In this document: positions 47,419-56,603 of the stretch, one piece after another
How the letters are laid out: every line of letters starts with the position of its first letter
Numbering within the stretch: the first letter of the stretch is position 1
Source: a bacterium
Lineage (GTDB): Bacteria; Patescibacteriota; Microgenomatia; UBA10105; UBA927
DNA length: 64,000 nucleotides
Assembly (NCBI GenBank): GCA_021817785.1
Contig: JAKAFY010000007.1
Span: 127-64,126, forward strand
Reading direction: 5' to 3'
The notes under the pieces: model-generated
Databases searched by the model: none
Told to the model about the DNA's origin: nothing
What the model saw: the letters and a program-made list of their open reading frames with translations, nothing else
Translations under genes and position numbers: made by a program

Positions 47419-47507
47419 GTGCTTTAAGTGTAGCAAATTTGACAGGATAAGAAAAGAAGCCCGAGGACCCTCAGGTGATTGTTTGGTCTGGTACAATGGA
47501 ATGACTC

Positions 47508-49250
47508 ATGAAGTATTTCCGCCTGTTTAGTATTGGTATATTCCTCCTGTTCGTTGCGTTTACCGGCGCATCATACGTTCACGCACAAGAATGCGATCCG
47601 TCATGTGGCGATCCTGGTGAATGTACTCAAAAAATGGCTGTTTGCCAAAAGTCATTGGACATGATGAGCAATGCAGTTGCACCACACATAGAAGCACTTA
47701 AGAAAATGGAAGCTGATTTAGCATCGTTTCAGCTAAAATTACAGAGTATCCAGGCCGATTTGGCCCGAGAAGCAATAGCCATCGCATTAGGAGAGAAGGA
47801 AATGAGTCAATTGTTAGAGTTAGCATATAGACGAGTTGGTGTTCTATATAGAAGAACAGTGACGTATAATCCACTACTTCCATTTTTGACATCAACAAAC
47901 GTAGGTTCAGTTCTCCGGGCATTCACCTACCAACAAGCCGTTATTAATGATGATAAAAAAGCAATTGTTCAAACGGCTCTTTCTCTAAAAGATTTAGGTG
48001 ATCGTAAAACTAAACTTGAGCAGCAGCAAACCACCTTTATCGCATTAAAAGCAGACACCGATGCGCGCGCCGCAAAGGTTCGAAAATTGGTTGCAGATGC
48101 AACCGCATATGAAAATAAGCTTTCAGGCATTATCGCAACTTTGTCTGCAAAGCAACAATCCTTCTTGGCTCAAAAACTTGCGGGATTAGGCATCCCGCTG
48201 TTTGCCATAAGCGGCGGGGGGTGTTCGAGTGATCTGACCAATGGGAAAAACCCCGGGTTCTCCGGCGGATTCGGATTTTTCAGCTACGGCGTGCCCAACC
48301 GCGTAGGACTTAACCAATACGGAGCCTGGGGTAGGGCAAAAGCAGGACAGGATTATGAAACGATTCTGCGCGCGTACTATAACTTTGATTCGATAGACGG
48401 CGTGGATACGGGCACCCAAATAAAAGTGGACGGCTATGGGAATTATTCGCTTGAGGATTATGTAAAGCGCGTGTACGAGGTGCCGGACTCCTGGGCGGAT
48501 AATAATCTTGCCGCGCTCAAAGCACAAGCTATAGCCGTCAGAAGCTATGTTCTGGCATACACCAACAACGGACAGGGATCGATCTGCACGACCCAGCAAT
48601 GCCAGGTGTTTCAGCCCAACCCAAAAGGAGGCAACTGGGATGCGGCCGTCAATGCCACGGCGGGGAAAGTCATGCGGCAGGGTGGGCAGCCCATCAAGGC
48701 ATATTTTTCTTCAACACACGGCGGATATATTTATAGCACCGGAGATTTGCAGGGGTGGTCGTCAACGCCGTATACCAAGCGCGGAATTGATGCGAGCGGG
48801 CCAATAAACAGCTTTGCGGACTTGCAAAGCAAAGCATATGACCGGGATAGTCCATGGTTCTATTGTGATTGGGGAGGGAGAAGCCAGTATGGCGGTACCG
48901 CGTGGTTAAAACCCGACGAAGTCGCAGACATCGTCAATGTACTGCTTTTAGCCAAGCAGGATAGCTCCGCACAAAACCACCTTACCCAGACGGATAAACC
49001 CAATCCCGACGGAACGGACACATGGGATGCATCCACAGTGCGAGCTAAATTGGGAAGCCTTGCCTATACTTCCATATCAAGTATTTCCGTGAGTGCGGAT
49101 TTCAGCACCGGAAGAACCACCTCTGTATCCGTGTCCGGGGACGGGAAAAGCAACACCTTTGACGGCAACGACTTTAAAACATATTTCAACCTGCGGGCGC
49201 CTGCCAATATTCAGATCGTCGGTCCACTCTATAACGTTGAAAGAAAATAG
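47508..49250 (+). CDS. SpoIID/LytB-family protein (peptidoglycan lytic transglycosylase/amidase enhancer-like) with an N-terminal coiled-coil region.
   Basis: 'LKAQAIAVRSYVLAYT' and 'AYFSSTHGGY' SpoIID motifs. N-terminal signal/TM and coiled coil. Confidence 0.65.
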   Translation: MKYFRLFSIGIFLLFVAFTGASYVHAQECDPSCGDPGECTQKMAVCQKSLDMMSNAVAPHIEALKKMEADLASFQLKLQSIQADLAREAIAIALGEKEMSQLLELAYRRVGVLYRRTVTYNPLLPFLTSTNVGSVLRAFTYQQAVINDDKKAIVQTALSLKDLGDRKTKLEQQQTTFIALKADTDARAAKVRKLVADATAYENKLSGIIATLSAKQQSFLAQKLAGLGIPLFAISGGGCSSDLTNGKNPGFSGGFGFFSYGVPNRVGLNQYGAWGRAKAGQDYETILRAYYNFDSIDGVDTGTQIKVDGYGNYSLEDYVKRVYEVPDSWADNNLAALKAQAIAVRSYVLAYTNNGQGSICTTQQCQVFQPNPKGGNWDAAVNATAGKVMRQGGQPIKAYFSSTHGGYIYSTGDLQGWSSTPYTKRGIDASGPINSFADLQSKAYDRDSPWFYCDWGGRSQYGGTAWLKPDEVADIVNVLLLAKQDSSAQNHLTQTDKPNPDGTDTWDASTVRAKLGSLAYTSISSISVSADFSTGRTTSVSVSGDGKSNTFDGNDFKTYFNLRAPANIQIVGPLYNVERK

Positions 49251-49270
49251 ACGGTGGCGTACAATACGTT

Positions 49271-49912
49271 TTGATGCCTACGATTTTTCGGCAAATCGAA
49301 GAAACGCCCACCCCCACGCGGAGTCTGCCGACGTCCCCGATAAAACGAAAAACGATCATGACACCGCTGACGTGTTATGCGGTAAGCCCAGAAGGTGTAC
49401 GCTTTGAAACGCAGGAACAGGAAGAAAATGTCATTCTGTTTTTGCGGCAACACATTATCGTACTTATTCCCGGGGTGTTGCTCGTGACGGCGCTTCTGGT
49501 GACGCCATTGTTTGTCGTGCCGTTTCTGTTGCGATTTCTGACGCTTCCCGTCGCAGTTCCCACCCGGTATTTTGTCGTGGGGACGGCATTTTGGTATGTG
49601 ATGACGTTTGGCGTGGCGATCATGACCTTTTTGCGCTGGTATTACAACATATATATCGTGACAAACAAACGGATCGTGGATATCGATTTTCTGCACCTTT
49701 TATACAAGGAATTTTCTGAAGCACGGCTCGACAAAGTACAGGACCTGAGTTTTAAAAGCGGCGGGATTTTTGCTGCATTTTTCGATTACGGAGATGTCAA
49801 TGTTGAGACTGCCGGAGAAACACCGAACATAGAATTTGATGCAGTACCCAAACCAGCGAAAGTGGTGGAAACCATCAGCGAATTATTGGAACACGCAAAC
49901 GAGAAAGGGTAA
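49271..49912 (+). CDS. Membrane protein with a bacterial PH (bPH_2, YdbS/YdbT-like) domain.
   Basis: Two TM helices, then 'YYNIYIVTNKRIVDIDF...', typical of membrane-flanked bPH domains. Confidence 0.45.
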   Translation: MMPTIFRQIEETPTPTRSLPTSPIKRKTIMTPLTCYAVSPEGVRFETQEQEENVILFLRQHIIVLIPGVLLVTALLVTPLFVVPFLLRFLTLPVAVPTRYFVVGTAFWYVMTFGVAIMTFLRWYYNIYIVTNKRIVDIDFLHLLYKEFSEARLDKVQDLSFKSGGIFAAFFDYGDVNVETAGETPNIEFDAVPKPAKVVETISELLEHANEKG

Positions 49913-49915
49913 TAT

Positions 49916-50134
49916 ATGACCGGAGATATTACGAGTTTGTTATTTTTAGTAGTAAAAGGGCTTGTCATATTTGGATTGGGACTATACATCATCTTTGCCT
50001 TTGTGATCTTGCGACAGGAACAGCTCATGTCGCACGTTCTGGAGGAGTCGTTTGAGCCGGTGCTCCGGCTGGTGTCCGTTTTCCACTTTATCGCATCCAT
50101 CGCCGTATTTCTTATGGCGATCATTCTCCTCTAA
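49916..50134 (+). CDS. Small two-TM membrane protein.
   Basis: 72 aa with two hydrophobic helices, tightly linked to the upstream gene. Confidence 0.25.
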   Translation: MTGDITSLLFLVVKGLVIFGLGLYIIFAFVILRQEQLMSHVLEESFEPVLRLVSVFHFIASIAVFLMAIILL

Positions 50135-50167
50135 CCTTCATTTTAGTGATACGATAATGAAAGCTCT

Positions 50168-52018
50168 ATGATTGTGCACCCTATCGTCGCGTCTGTGGTG
50201 GGTCAGGTAACCGATACCCGGTGGGGTCAGGTATTGCAAACCCCGCACGCCTATGGGGTAGTGGAGATGTATACTCCAAACGGCTATGCCCGGGAGCGGG
50301 GAATTGCGGTGCTCACGGAATTAACAAACGCCTTTGCCTCCCCTCCGGTGTCTTTGGGCGGACTGACGGAAATTGCAGACCGGGTGATGCGGGACGACAT
50401 CGTAAGCCTCGTGCTCTTGGTCCCCGTCGGCTCGACGCTCTACATGGTATCGCGGGGGAACGGTAAAGTGTACCTCAAACGGGGAGAACAGCTTGCAATA
50501 CTGCTTACGCAGTCACAGTCGCTTTCCGGCGATGCACGCGTGGGAGACGTGCTGATTGTTGCGACCGCAGGATTTGTTCAGACGCTTTCTTCGGACGAGA
50601 TTATTAGCGTATTTGACCATCTGACGCCTTCTGAGGTGGCGGAAAAATTAACAATGCGCCTGCACGAAAAAGAAGGCGGTGAAGGGGGAGCGGCGCTTAT
50701 TTTCCAGGTGGGAGAGGTTGCCCCGGACGAAGAACTGGAAGAGGAAAAGAAACTCGACGAAGTCATGGTCCGTCCATCCCCGACTGCGCCGCCGATGTTG
50801 CTGCATCGGGCAAAGGCGGTTGGACGGCGCGTAACGACGCTGAAACAGCGGATACTACTCCGAAAAATAGCTGCAATGATCAGAAAACATCCCGCGTTTT
50901 CCGTACAGCGGGTGGTTACGATTATTGTGGTTTCGTTATTTCTTCTCAGCGTCGTACTGGGCATACGGCATCAACAGCTTGCGGGCACCCGCAGTGCCCT
51001 TACGGAAACACTGACAGAAGCACAACATGCGTTTGATGAGGGGATGGCGCTTCTGGACCTTAATCCGGTGAAAGGAAGGGATCGTTTGAATCAGGCCAAG
51101 GATTTGCTTGCCCCGGTCGTGTCCAAAAAACTCCAATCTGCTGACGGGCAAAAAGCAAATAAACTCTATGCGGAGGTGGTCGATAATCTTACCAGGTCGA
51201 TGCACATCACCAAAGTGACACCGTCGGTGTTTTACGATGTGTCGCTTTTGAAACAGGGGGCGGCGGCCACCGAGCTATCCTTATTTGAAGACACGATGGG
51301 TGTGTTGGATATGAATGGCAAGACCGTGTTTGCGGTAGGCGCATCGTCAAAAAGCGGCAGCGTAGTAGGCGGCGGGGATACGCTTACCAAAGTATCACAT
51401 ATCGCCGTATATGGAGATAAAGTATACGTATGGACGCAGAACGGCATTTCTATGATCCGCCTGTCTGATCAGAAGACTGTCCCCAACGTCATCCCGGCAT
51501 CTTCCGAGTGGGGAACGATTTCCCAAATGGTTGCATTTGGCGGGAACTTGTATCTTCTGGATACCCAAAAAAGCCGGATTTGGAAATATGTCGCCACCGA
51601 CAAAGGCCTGCCTGCCGGCAGGCAGGGATTCAGCGAACTGTTTGAGTATCTAAACCCCGATACGCTGCCCGACCTTTCCAAAACCACCAATATGGCCATA
51701 GACGGTTCCGTATGGCTGGGGACGACCACCGGAACTATCATGCGGTTTACGTCCGGCAAGGAAAACCCGTATGTCATGCAGGGCGCCGATACGCCGCTCG
51801 GCGCCAATCTGGAAGTTTCGACGGATGACAGCACAAAAATGGTATATGTCTTGGATGCTGATCATCACCGGGTCGTCGTCTTTGACAAAGACGGGTTGTA
51901 CATGTCCCAGTATGTGTGGGAAAATACGCTCCGCGTCACCGAGATTGCTGCGTCAGAAAGCCTTCATACGTTATTTTTGCTGGCGGACGGCAAGCTGTAC
52001 AGTGTGACGCTGCAATAA
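50168..52018 (+). CDS. Hypothetical bitopic protein (616 aa) with an N-terminal cytoplasmic domain, a TM helix and a large extracytoplasmic beta-rich domain.
   Basis: Long ORF. TM 'VVTIIVVSLFLLSVVLGI' near residue 270. No recognised motif. Confidence 0.3.
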   Translation: MIVHPIVASVVGQVTDTRWGQVLQTPHAYGVVEMYTPNGYARERGIAVLTELTNAFASPPVSLGGLTEIADRVMRDDIVSLVLLVPVGSTLYMVSRGNGKVYLKRGEQLAILLTQSQSLSGDARVGDVLIVATAGFVQTLSSDEIISVFDHLTPSEVAEKLTMRLHEKEGGEGGAALIFQVGEVAPDEELEEEKKLDEVMVRPSPTAPPMLLHRAKAVGRRVTTLKQRILLRKIAAMIRKHPAFSVQRVVTIIVVSLFLLSVVLGIRHQQLAGTRSALTETLTEAQHAFDEGMALLDLNPVKGRDRLNQAKDLLAPVVSKKLQSADGQKANKLYAEVVDNLTRSMHITKVTPSVFYDVSLLKQGAAATELSLFEDTMGVLDMNGKTVFAVGASSKSGSVVGGGDTLTKVSHIAVYGDKVYVWTQNGISMIRLSDQKTVPNVIPASSEWGTISQMVAFGGNLYLLDTQKSRIWKYVATDKGLPAGRQGFSELFEYLNPDTLPDLSKTTNMAIDGSVWLGTTTGTIMRFTSGKENPYVMQGADTPLGANLEVSTDDSTKMVYVLDADHHRVVVFDKDGLYMSQYVWENTLRVTEIAASESLHTLFLLADGKLYSVTLQ

Positions 52019-52021
52019 CTT

Positions 52022-52465
52022 ATGAAGATTATCAACAGGAAAGCCACATTTGATTATGACATCACCGACCGTTTTGAAGCGGGTATCATCCTGACCGGTC
52101 CGGAGGTGAAATCCCTGCGAGGTGGACACGGGAAGCTCGAGGGAGCATTCGTCCGTCTGATCGGGGGCGAGGCGTATTTAGTTAACGCAGAGATATTTCC
52201 CTACGAGTTTGCCCGGTTGGAAAAATATGACGCCAGGCGAACCCGGAAGCTCCTGCTGCATAAAAAAGAGCTCATAAGTTTGAAGTCCAAAATGGACGGC
52301 GGGCATTTGACCCTGATCCCGCTTTCCTGGTATACTACAGGACGCCAATTGAAGCTGGAAGTAGGCTTGGCACGGGGAAAGAAACAATACGAAAAACGGG
52401 AGAAAAAGCGGAAAGAAGAGCAAAAAAAAGAGTTGGAACGGGAATTTCGGGGAAAGGTAAGATAA
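52022..52465 (+). CDS. smpB: SsrA-binding protein.
   Basis: 'ATFDYDITDRFEAGIILTGPEVKSLR' SmpB signature. Basic C-terminal tail. Confidence 0.9.
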   Translation: MKIINRKATFDYDITDRFEAGIILTGPEVKSLRGGHGKLEGAFVRLIGGEAYLVNAEIFPYEFARLEKYDARRTRKLLLHKKELISLKSKMDGGHLTLIPLSWYTTGRQLKLEVGLARGKKQYEKREKKRKEEQKKELEREFRGKVR

Positions 52466-52594
52466 GAAGGCCCGCCACATCTTACTTTGCGACTATTCAG
52501 TATTGTTCGTACACGTCGCAAAGAGCGATGGTTGGCGGACGTAAGAAACAGTAGCGCGTTCCGGTAGGAATCGGAACGGACAACTGTTTCTAAC

Positions 52595-53026
52595 GGGGAT
52601 GCATGATTCGACGGGAGACGCACGTTAACAGACCGCAAGCCGGCGATGACAAAAGAGCCGTAAAAATTTTGTTAAAATTATAGATGCTAAACCATCTAAA
52701 TTAGCACTCCGAAGGATGTTAGATAAAGCATACGCTGAACTAGCAGCTCTTCAGGGCGCTTTTGCTCGACCAGCAGAACTTGCATACGCAGGCTACGCAA
52801 ACTAAGAGCCATTGTGTGAGAATTATTTCTCGCGAGTTTCACACAGTGTAAACATAGCGGGGACGTCAGAGACATGATGATCGGCGTGTCTTGGAGCAAT
52901 TTTTCGATCAACCCTATAGAAAAGTATTTGTCCATTCTGTCTTTTCTATAGAACGAAATGGACTACGCTTGTAGACGTTTGTGACCTGTTCTTTCGGACC
53001 CGGGCTCATTACCCGGCATCTCCACA
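52595..53026 (+). ncRNA. ssrA: tmRNA (ssrA); the boundaries are approximate.
   Basis: The 5' end 'GGGGATGCATGATTCGACGGG' matches the conserved tmRNA 5' end 'GGGGCUGAUUCUGGAUUCGACGGG'. The 3' tRNA-like end 'GGACCCGGGCTCATTACCCGGCATCTCCA' has a T-arm and an acceptor complementary to the 5' end. An internal Ala-rich ORF ends 'GCAAACTAA GAGCC', similar to the E. coli 'TAA..CTTAGAGCC'. It lies directly downstream of smpB. Confidence 0.6.
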
Positions 53027-53147
53027 CTCCGCCCCGATAAAAATATCGGGGCTTCGCGTGGCAAGCCACATTAGACATCTGGGTGACCTTGTTTTTTGTG
53101 CGGAGTGTGTCCCGCGTAGTCCCATATTGAAGGGACGTAGTGGGACA

Positions 53148-53384
53148 ATGTATTACGTATATATTCTTCGAATATCTGATGCGTCTCTATATATTGGATA
53201 TTCTTCAGACTTAAAAAAACGGATACTGGCACATACATATAAGCAAGTTTCTTCAACGAAATATGCAAGGTCAGTAAAGTTGATTTGGTATGCAGCGTTT
53301 TATCTTCAATCTAATGCTATCGCATTTGAAAAATACTTGAAATCAAGTTCCGGTTTTGCCTTTCGAAATAAATATCTCATATGA
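53148..53384 (+). CDS. GIY-YIG nuclease domain protein (small, ~78 aa).
   Basis: 'MYYVYILRISDASLYIGYSSDLKKRILAH' matches the GIY-YIG motif. The longer ORF 53058..53384 overlaps the tmRNA 3' region. Confidence 0.6.
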   Translation: MYYVYILRISDASLYIGYSSDLKKRILAHTYKQVSSTKYARSVKLIWYAAFYLQSNAIAFEKYLKSSSGFAFRNKYLI

Positions 53385-54049
53385 ACCTTCTCGATATTCT
53401 TTTTCCAAAACGTTGTGTCGGCTGCGGCAGGATAGGGACGTATTTCTGTGAAAAGTGTCGCGGCAGGATCCGGTATATTGCCGCAAACGAGGCCATCTGC
53501 CCCATGTGTGGGCACTCCGCAATTGACGGAGCCACACACCCCGGATGCCGCACCAGGTATGGGCTAGACGGACTTACCAGTTTTTTCCGGTATGACGGCC
53601 CGATCAGAAAAGCCGTTCAATCGGTGAAATACCGGTTGATTACCGATCTCGTGACGGAATTTGTATCACTGGTCCCGCAATCATCGGTAGTAGACACTTC
53701 CGCAGCCGATTATTTCCTACCTATGCCGCTCCATGCCTCCCGCTTGAAATCCCGCGGGTTTAACCAGGCAGAGGTATTGGGGACGGCTTTTGCGGCACGA
53801 TTGCATATTCCGGTAGCTCTTGATATCCTCCGGCGAGTGAGGGCAACAGCGCCTCAGGTAGCGATGAAAACGAGAGAAGACCGGCTGAACAACATGAAAC
53901 ATGTATTTCAGGCCGCCAGGACAATCCAAAATGATCATATACTGCTTTTTGATGACGTCTTTACGACCGGAGCGACCATGAGAGCTGCCGCAAACGCGTT
54001 GAAACGAGCAGGAGCAAAATACATTTGGGCCGTCACGATGGCCCGATAA
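53381..54049 (+). CDS. comFC: ComF-family protein (ComFC-like phosphoribosyltransferase with an N-terminal zinc ribbon).
   Basis: 'CVGCGR...CEKCRGR...CPMCGH' Cys clusters. PRTase motif 'ILLFDDVFTTGATM'. Confidence 0.75.
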   Translation: MNLLDILFPKRCVGCGRIGTYFCEKCRGRIRYIAANEAICPMCGHSAIDGATHPGCRTRYGLDGLTSFFRYDGPIRKAVQSVKYRLITDLVTEFVSLVPQSSVVDTSAADYFLPMPLHASRLKSRGFNQAEVLGTAFAARLHIPVALDILRRVRATAPQVAMKTREDRLNNMKHVFQAARTIQNDHILLFDDVFTTGATMRAAANALKRAGAKYIWAVTMAR

Positions 54050-54052
54050 CCT

Positions 54053-54712
54053 ATGAATAAAAAAGTACATACCATTGCGATCATTGCCGGCGGCACGCCG
54101 CCGGACCGGTTTCTCCGTGATATACGGCATGCCGATCTGATCATAGGCGCAGATCGGGGAGCGCTTTGGCTTACTAAGCATGATATTCACCCAGATATTG
54201 CGATAGGAGATTTTGATTCGGTGACAATGCGGGAAAAATCGCAGATTGCAACATACGCAAAACGCATGCTGGTATATCCGCCCGAAAAAGATGCAACGGA
54301 TTTGGAACTGGCGATAGACGAGTCCGTAAAGCTGGCTCCGAAGACAGTGGTGATCTACGGAGCATTCGGGAGCAGGTTTGATCATTCATTGGCAGCGCTG
54401 CACATGCTTTTGAAGCTAGAGTCGCACAATATTTCAGGACAAATTGTGGATAACTTTAATAAAATATCCATTGTGCGACGTCAAATACGGATAAAACGAG
54501 ACGCAAAGTTCCAATACGTTTCTATCCTACCGATACAGTCCTCAGCGACCGTCTCATTGCGTGGGTTTTATTACAACCTTACTTGTGTACGTATAGAATC
54601 GGCTTCAACACGTGGAATCAGTAATGAAATCATTGCCGCGGACGCGTCGATACTAGTTCATAATGGCAAGATCGTTGTCATTCAGTCTGCAGATACTCCC
54701 ATGATTGGTTGA
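54053..54712 (+). CDS. Thiamine pyrophosphokinase.
   Basis: 'IAGGTPPD...IGADRGALWL...IGDFDSV' TPK motifs. ~219 aa. Confidence 0.7.
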   Translation: MNKKVHTIAIIAGGTPPDRFLRDIRHADLIIGADRGALWLTKHDIHPDIAIGDFDSVTMREKSQIATYAKRMLVYPPEKDATDLELAIDESVKLAPKTVVIYGAFGSRFDHSLAALHMLLKLESHNISGQIVDNFNKISIVRRQIRIKRDAKFQYVSILPIQSSATVSLRGFYYNLTCVRIESASTRGISNEIIAADASILVHNGKIVVIQSADTPMIG

Positions 54713-54745
54713 TAAGAAGGGTTTTGAAGCATATAATGAAGCTAT

Positions 54746-54831
54746 GGAGAGTGGGCCGGACGGTAAGGCACAGGTTTGCTAAACCTGCACCGCAGCAATG
54801 CGGTGAGTGGGTTCAACTCCCACACTCTCCG
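54746..54831 (+). tRNA. tRNA-Ser (anticodon GCU), class II. CCA not encoded.
   Basis: Hand fold: acceptor GGAGAGT/ACTCTCC; anticodon stem CAGGT/ACCTG with loop TTGCTAA; long variable arm; T-arm GTGGG-TTCAACT-CCCAC. Confidence 0.7.
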
Positions 54832-54832
54832 C

Positions 54833-55465
54833 ATGAAACGATATCTTTCCACGGAAATTGCACATATCAAGGATCAGCGGGAAAAATATAAATATTCATT
54901 TTCCTACCTGTCCCGTCTCTATAATATTCCTTCCTCTACCATCAGAAACTGGTGTGGTGACGGGTCTCTCTCCAAAGCAGAGGTGCTGCGCGCGTTCCAT
55001 GCCAGAAAACGGGAAGAGATAAAGTTGTCTGAAATTCCAATATCTACGGTGACGCGAATTTCATCAGATACCGCAAAACTTTATTCGGCACTTTTGTATT
55101 GGTGCGAGGGTTCAAAATATCCAGGATCAAATGCCATGAGCATGGCAAACAGCGATCCTGTGCTGCTTCGTACATTTGTGACGTTGCTCCGCAAAGGGTT
55201 TATTTTGGATGAACATAAATTTAGGATCCACTTGCAGATACATAGCAACCAAGATTATGAATACCTGAAGAAGTATTGGAGCGACCAACTCAAGGTGTCG
55301 GCAACCCAATTTATTCGGCCAACCATTACCGCTCCGGAAGGAAAAAAACATCACCCGGCGTATTATGGTACCTGCACGCTCAAATATCAGGATTACGCAC
55401 TTCAACTCAAACTCATTGGCATCTATGAAGATTTTGCGCGAAAGAATGGGTTATTTCATGGCTAG
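54833..55465 (+). CDS. Hypothetical protein with a putative HTH and weak LAGLIDADG-like features. It starts immediately after tRNA-Ser(GCU).
   Basis: 'YNIPSSTIRNWC' has HTH character. 'LLYWCEGSKYPGSNAMSMANSD...LLRTFVTLLRKGF' is weakly LAGLIDADG-like. The longer ORF 54776 start overlaps the tRNA. Confidence 0.3.
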   Translation: MKRYLSTEIAHIKDQREKYKYSFSYLSRLYNIPSSTIRNWCGDGSLSKAEVLRAFHARKREEIKLSEIPISTVTRISSDTAKLYSALLYWCEGSKYPGSNAMSMANSDPVLLRTFVTLLRKGFILDEHKFRIHLQIHSNQDYEYLKKYWSDQLKVSATQFIRPTITAPEGKKHHPAYYGTCTLKYQDYALQLKLIGIYEDFARKNGLFHG

Positions 55466-55486
55466 AATGATATAATGTGCTCATCT

Positions 55487-55571
55487 GGAGGGTGGGCAGG
55501 ACGGTAATGCGCGAGTCTTGAAAACTCGTGGGAGCAATCCCTAACAGGTTCGACCCCTGTATCCTCCGCCA
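55487..55571 (+). tRNA. tRNA-Ser (anticodon UGA), class II, with encoded CCA.
   Basis: Acceptor GGAGGGT/ATCCTCC followed by G-CCA. Anticodon stem CGAGT/ACTCG with loop CTTGAAA. Long variable arm. T-arm ACAGG-TTCGACC-CCTGT. Confidence 0.75.
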
Positions 55572-55637
55572 ATACAGGAAAACCTCTTGACAGATTAGCA
55601 CTCTGTGTATTAGACTGCTAATTGTAACAGAAGGGAG

Positions 55638-56075
55638 GTGATAGAGATGACGTTAGAAATTACCCCAAGGCCATTTTGGATGCTGCCATCTATGCCGTTT
55701 TCCGATTTTTGGAAAGATGCCGATGAATGGATGAGTACCCCGTGGACACAGAATGGTTTATCCGTCTACGAAGACCCGAAGCAAAAACAGGTACGCTTCG
55801 AAGCGGCCGTACCGGGAGTCGACCCCAAAGACATCGAGGTGACGTATGCAGATGGGAGCCTGTTCATCCGCGGCGAATCCAAGGAGGAACAAAAAAATGA
55901 CAAGACCACCATGTCACAGCACCGGTCATACTTCTATAAAGTGGCAGTGCCGGATACGGTCGACCAATCAGTCGAACCGGAGGCGACGTATAAACACGGT
56001 GTCATGACCGTCGCGTTTACGACATCTTCAAAGCCGCAACCAAAACAAATCCAGGTAAAGAGTATTGAGAAATAA
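55638..56075 (+). CDS. Hsp20/alpha-crystallin family small heat-shock protein.
   Basis: 'VRFEAAVPGVDPKDIEVTYADGSLFIRGE' alpha-crystallin domain. 145 aa. Confidence 0.85.
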   Translation: MIEMTLEITPRPFWMLPSMPFSDFWKDADEWMSTPWTQNGLSVYEDPKQKQVRFEAAVPGVDPKDIEVTYADGSLFIRGESKEEQKNDKTTMSQHRSYFYKVAVPDTVDQSVEPEATYKHGVMTVAFTTSSKPQPKQIQVKSIEK

Positions 56076-56094
56076 CGAAACAAGAGATGTATAT

Positions 56095-56127
56095 GGCATC
56101 CCCACTCCATTTGAGAGCGGGGGTGCC
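56095..56127 (+). terminator. GC-rich hairpin downstream of hsp20. Possible terminator, but the U-tract is weak.
   Basis: GGCATCCCC-N15-GGGGGTGCC is a 9-bp stem with one G-U pair. It starts 20 nt after the hsp20 stop and is followed by ATATCT. Confidence 0.3.
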
Positions 56128-56158
56128 ATATCTGGTAGAATACGGGGGTCGTGTCTTT

Positions 56159-56243
56159 GGAGGCGTCGCATAGCGGCTATTGCAACGGTTTACTAAACCG
56201 TCGACCGAAAGGTCTCGTGGGTTCGAGTCCCTCCGCCTCCGCC
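56159..56243 (+). tRNA. Class II tRNA-like gene. A hand fold gives anticodon ACU (Ser-type body), which is unusual. It may be an atypical tRNA or a pseudo-tRNA.
   Basis: Acceptor GGAGGCG/CGCCTCC followed by G-CC. D-stem GCA/TGC. Anticodon stem ACGGT/ACCGT with loop TTACTAA. 15-nt variable arm. T-arm GTGGG-TTCGAGT-CCCTC has one U-U mismatch. Confidence 0.4.
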
Positions 56244-56348
56244 TTCGCTTCGCCGTAGCTCGTAAGAGCGAAGGCGAGCAACTTCGAAGCTTCGGCGAGA
56301 CGCTGTCCGCTAGTAGCCCAACGAAGTCTTGGCGAAGTCGACTAGGTT

Positions 56349-56603
56349 ATGAATTATGTCTACATTATAAAATGTTCAGACGATCGAACCTACATTGGTT
56401 GCACCGACGATCTAAAGAATAGAATTGATCGTCATCAAAAAGGCAATGTTCCAGCAACAAAAGCAAGATTACCAATTAAACTTATTTCCTATTTCGCGTT
56501 TTCCAACAAATATATTGCATTTAACTTTGAAAGATATCTTAAATCTGGTTCCGGAAGAGCATTTTTAAAGAAGCATGATATTATTAAAAAGGAGGATTTA
56601 TGA
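56349..56603 (+). CDS. GIY-YIG nuclease domain protein.
   Basis: 'MNYVYIIKCSDDRTYIGCTDDLKNRIDRHQKGN' matches the GIY-YIG motif. 84 aa. Confidence 0.65.
   Translation: MNYVYIIKCSDDRTYIGCTDDLKNRIDRHQKGNVPATKARLPIKLISYFAFSNKYIAFNFERYLKSGSGRAFLKKHDIIKKEDL

Noticed and set aside
52696-52935. 79-aa minus-strand ORF.
   Set aside because: It falls inside the predicted tmRNA gene, so it is almost certainly not coding.
53058-53147. N-terminal 30-aa extension of the first GIY-YIG ORF.
   Set aside because: The extension overlaps the tmRNA 3' region and its hairpins. The internal Met start gives a protein congruent with the other two GIY-YIG paralogs.
56180-56422. 80-aa ORF overlapping the class II tRNA-like gene and the start of the GIY-YIG gene.
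   Set aside because: It is explained by the tRNA and by the better-supported GIY-YIG ORF at 56349..56603 in another frame.
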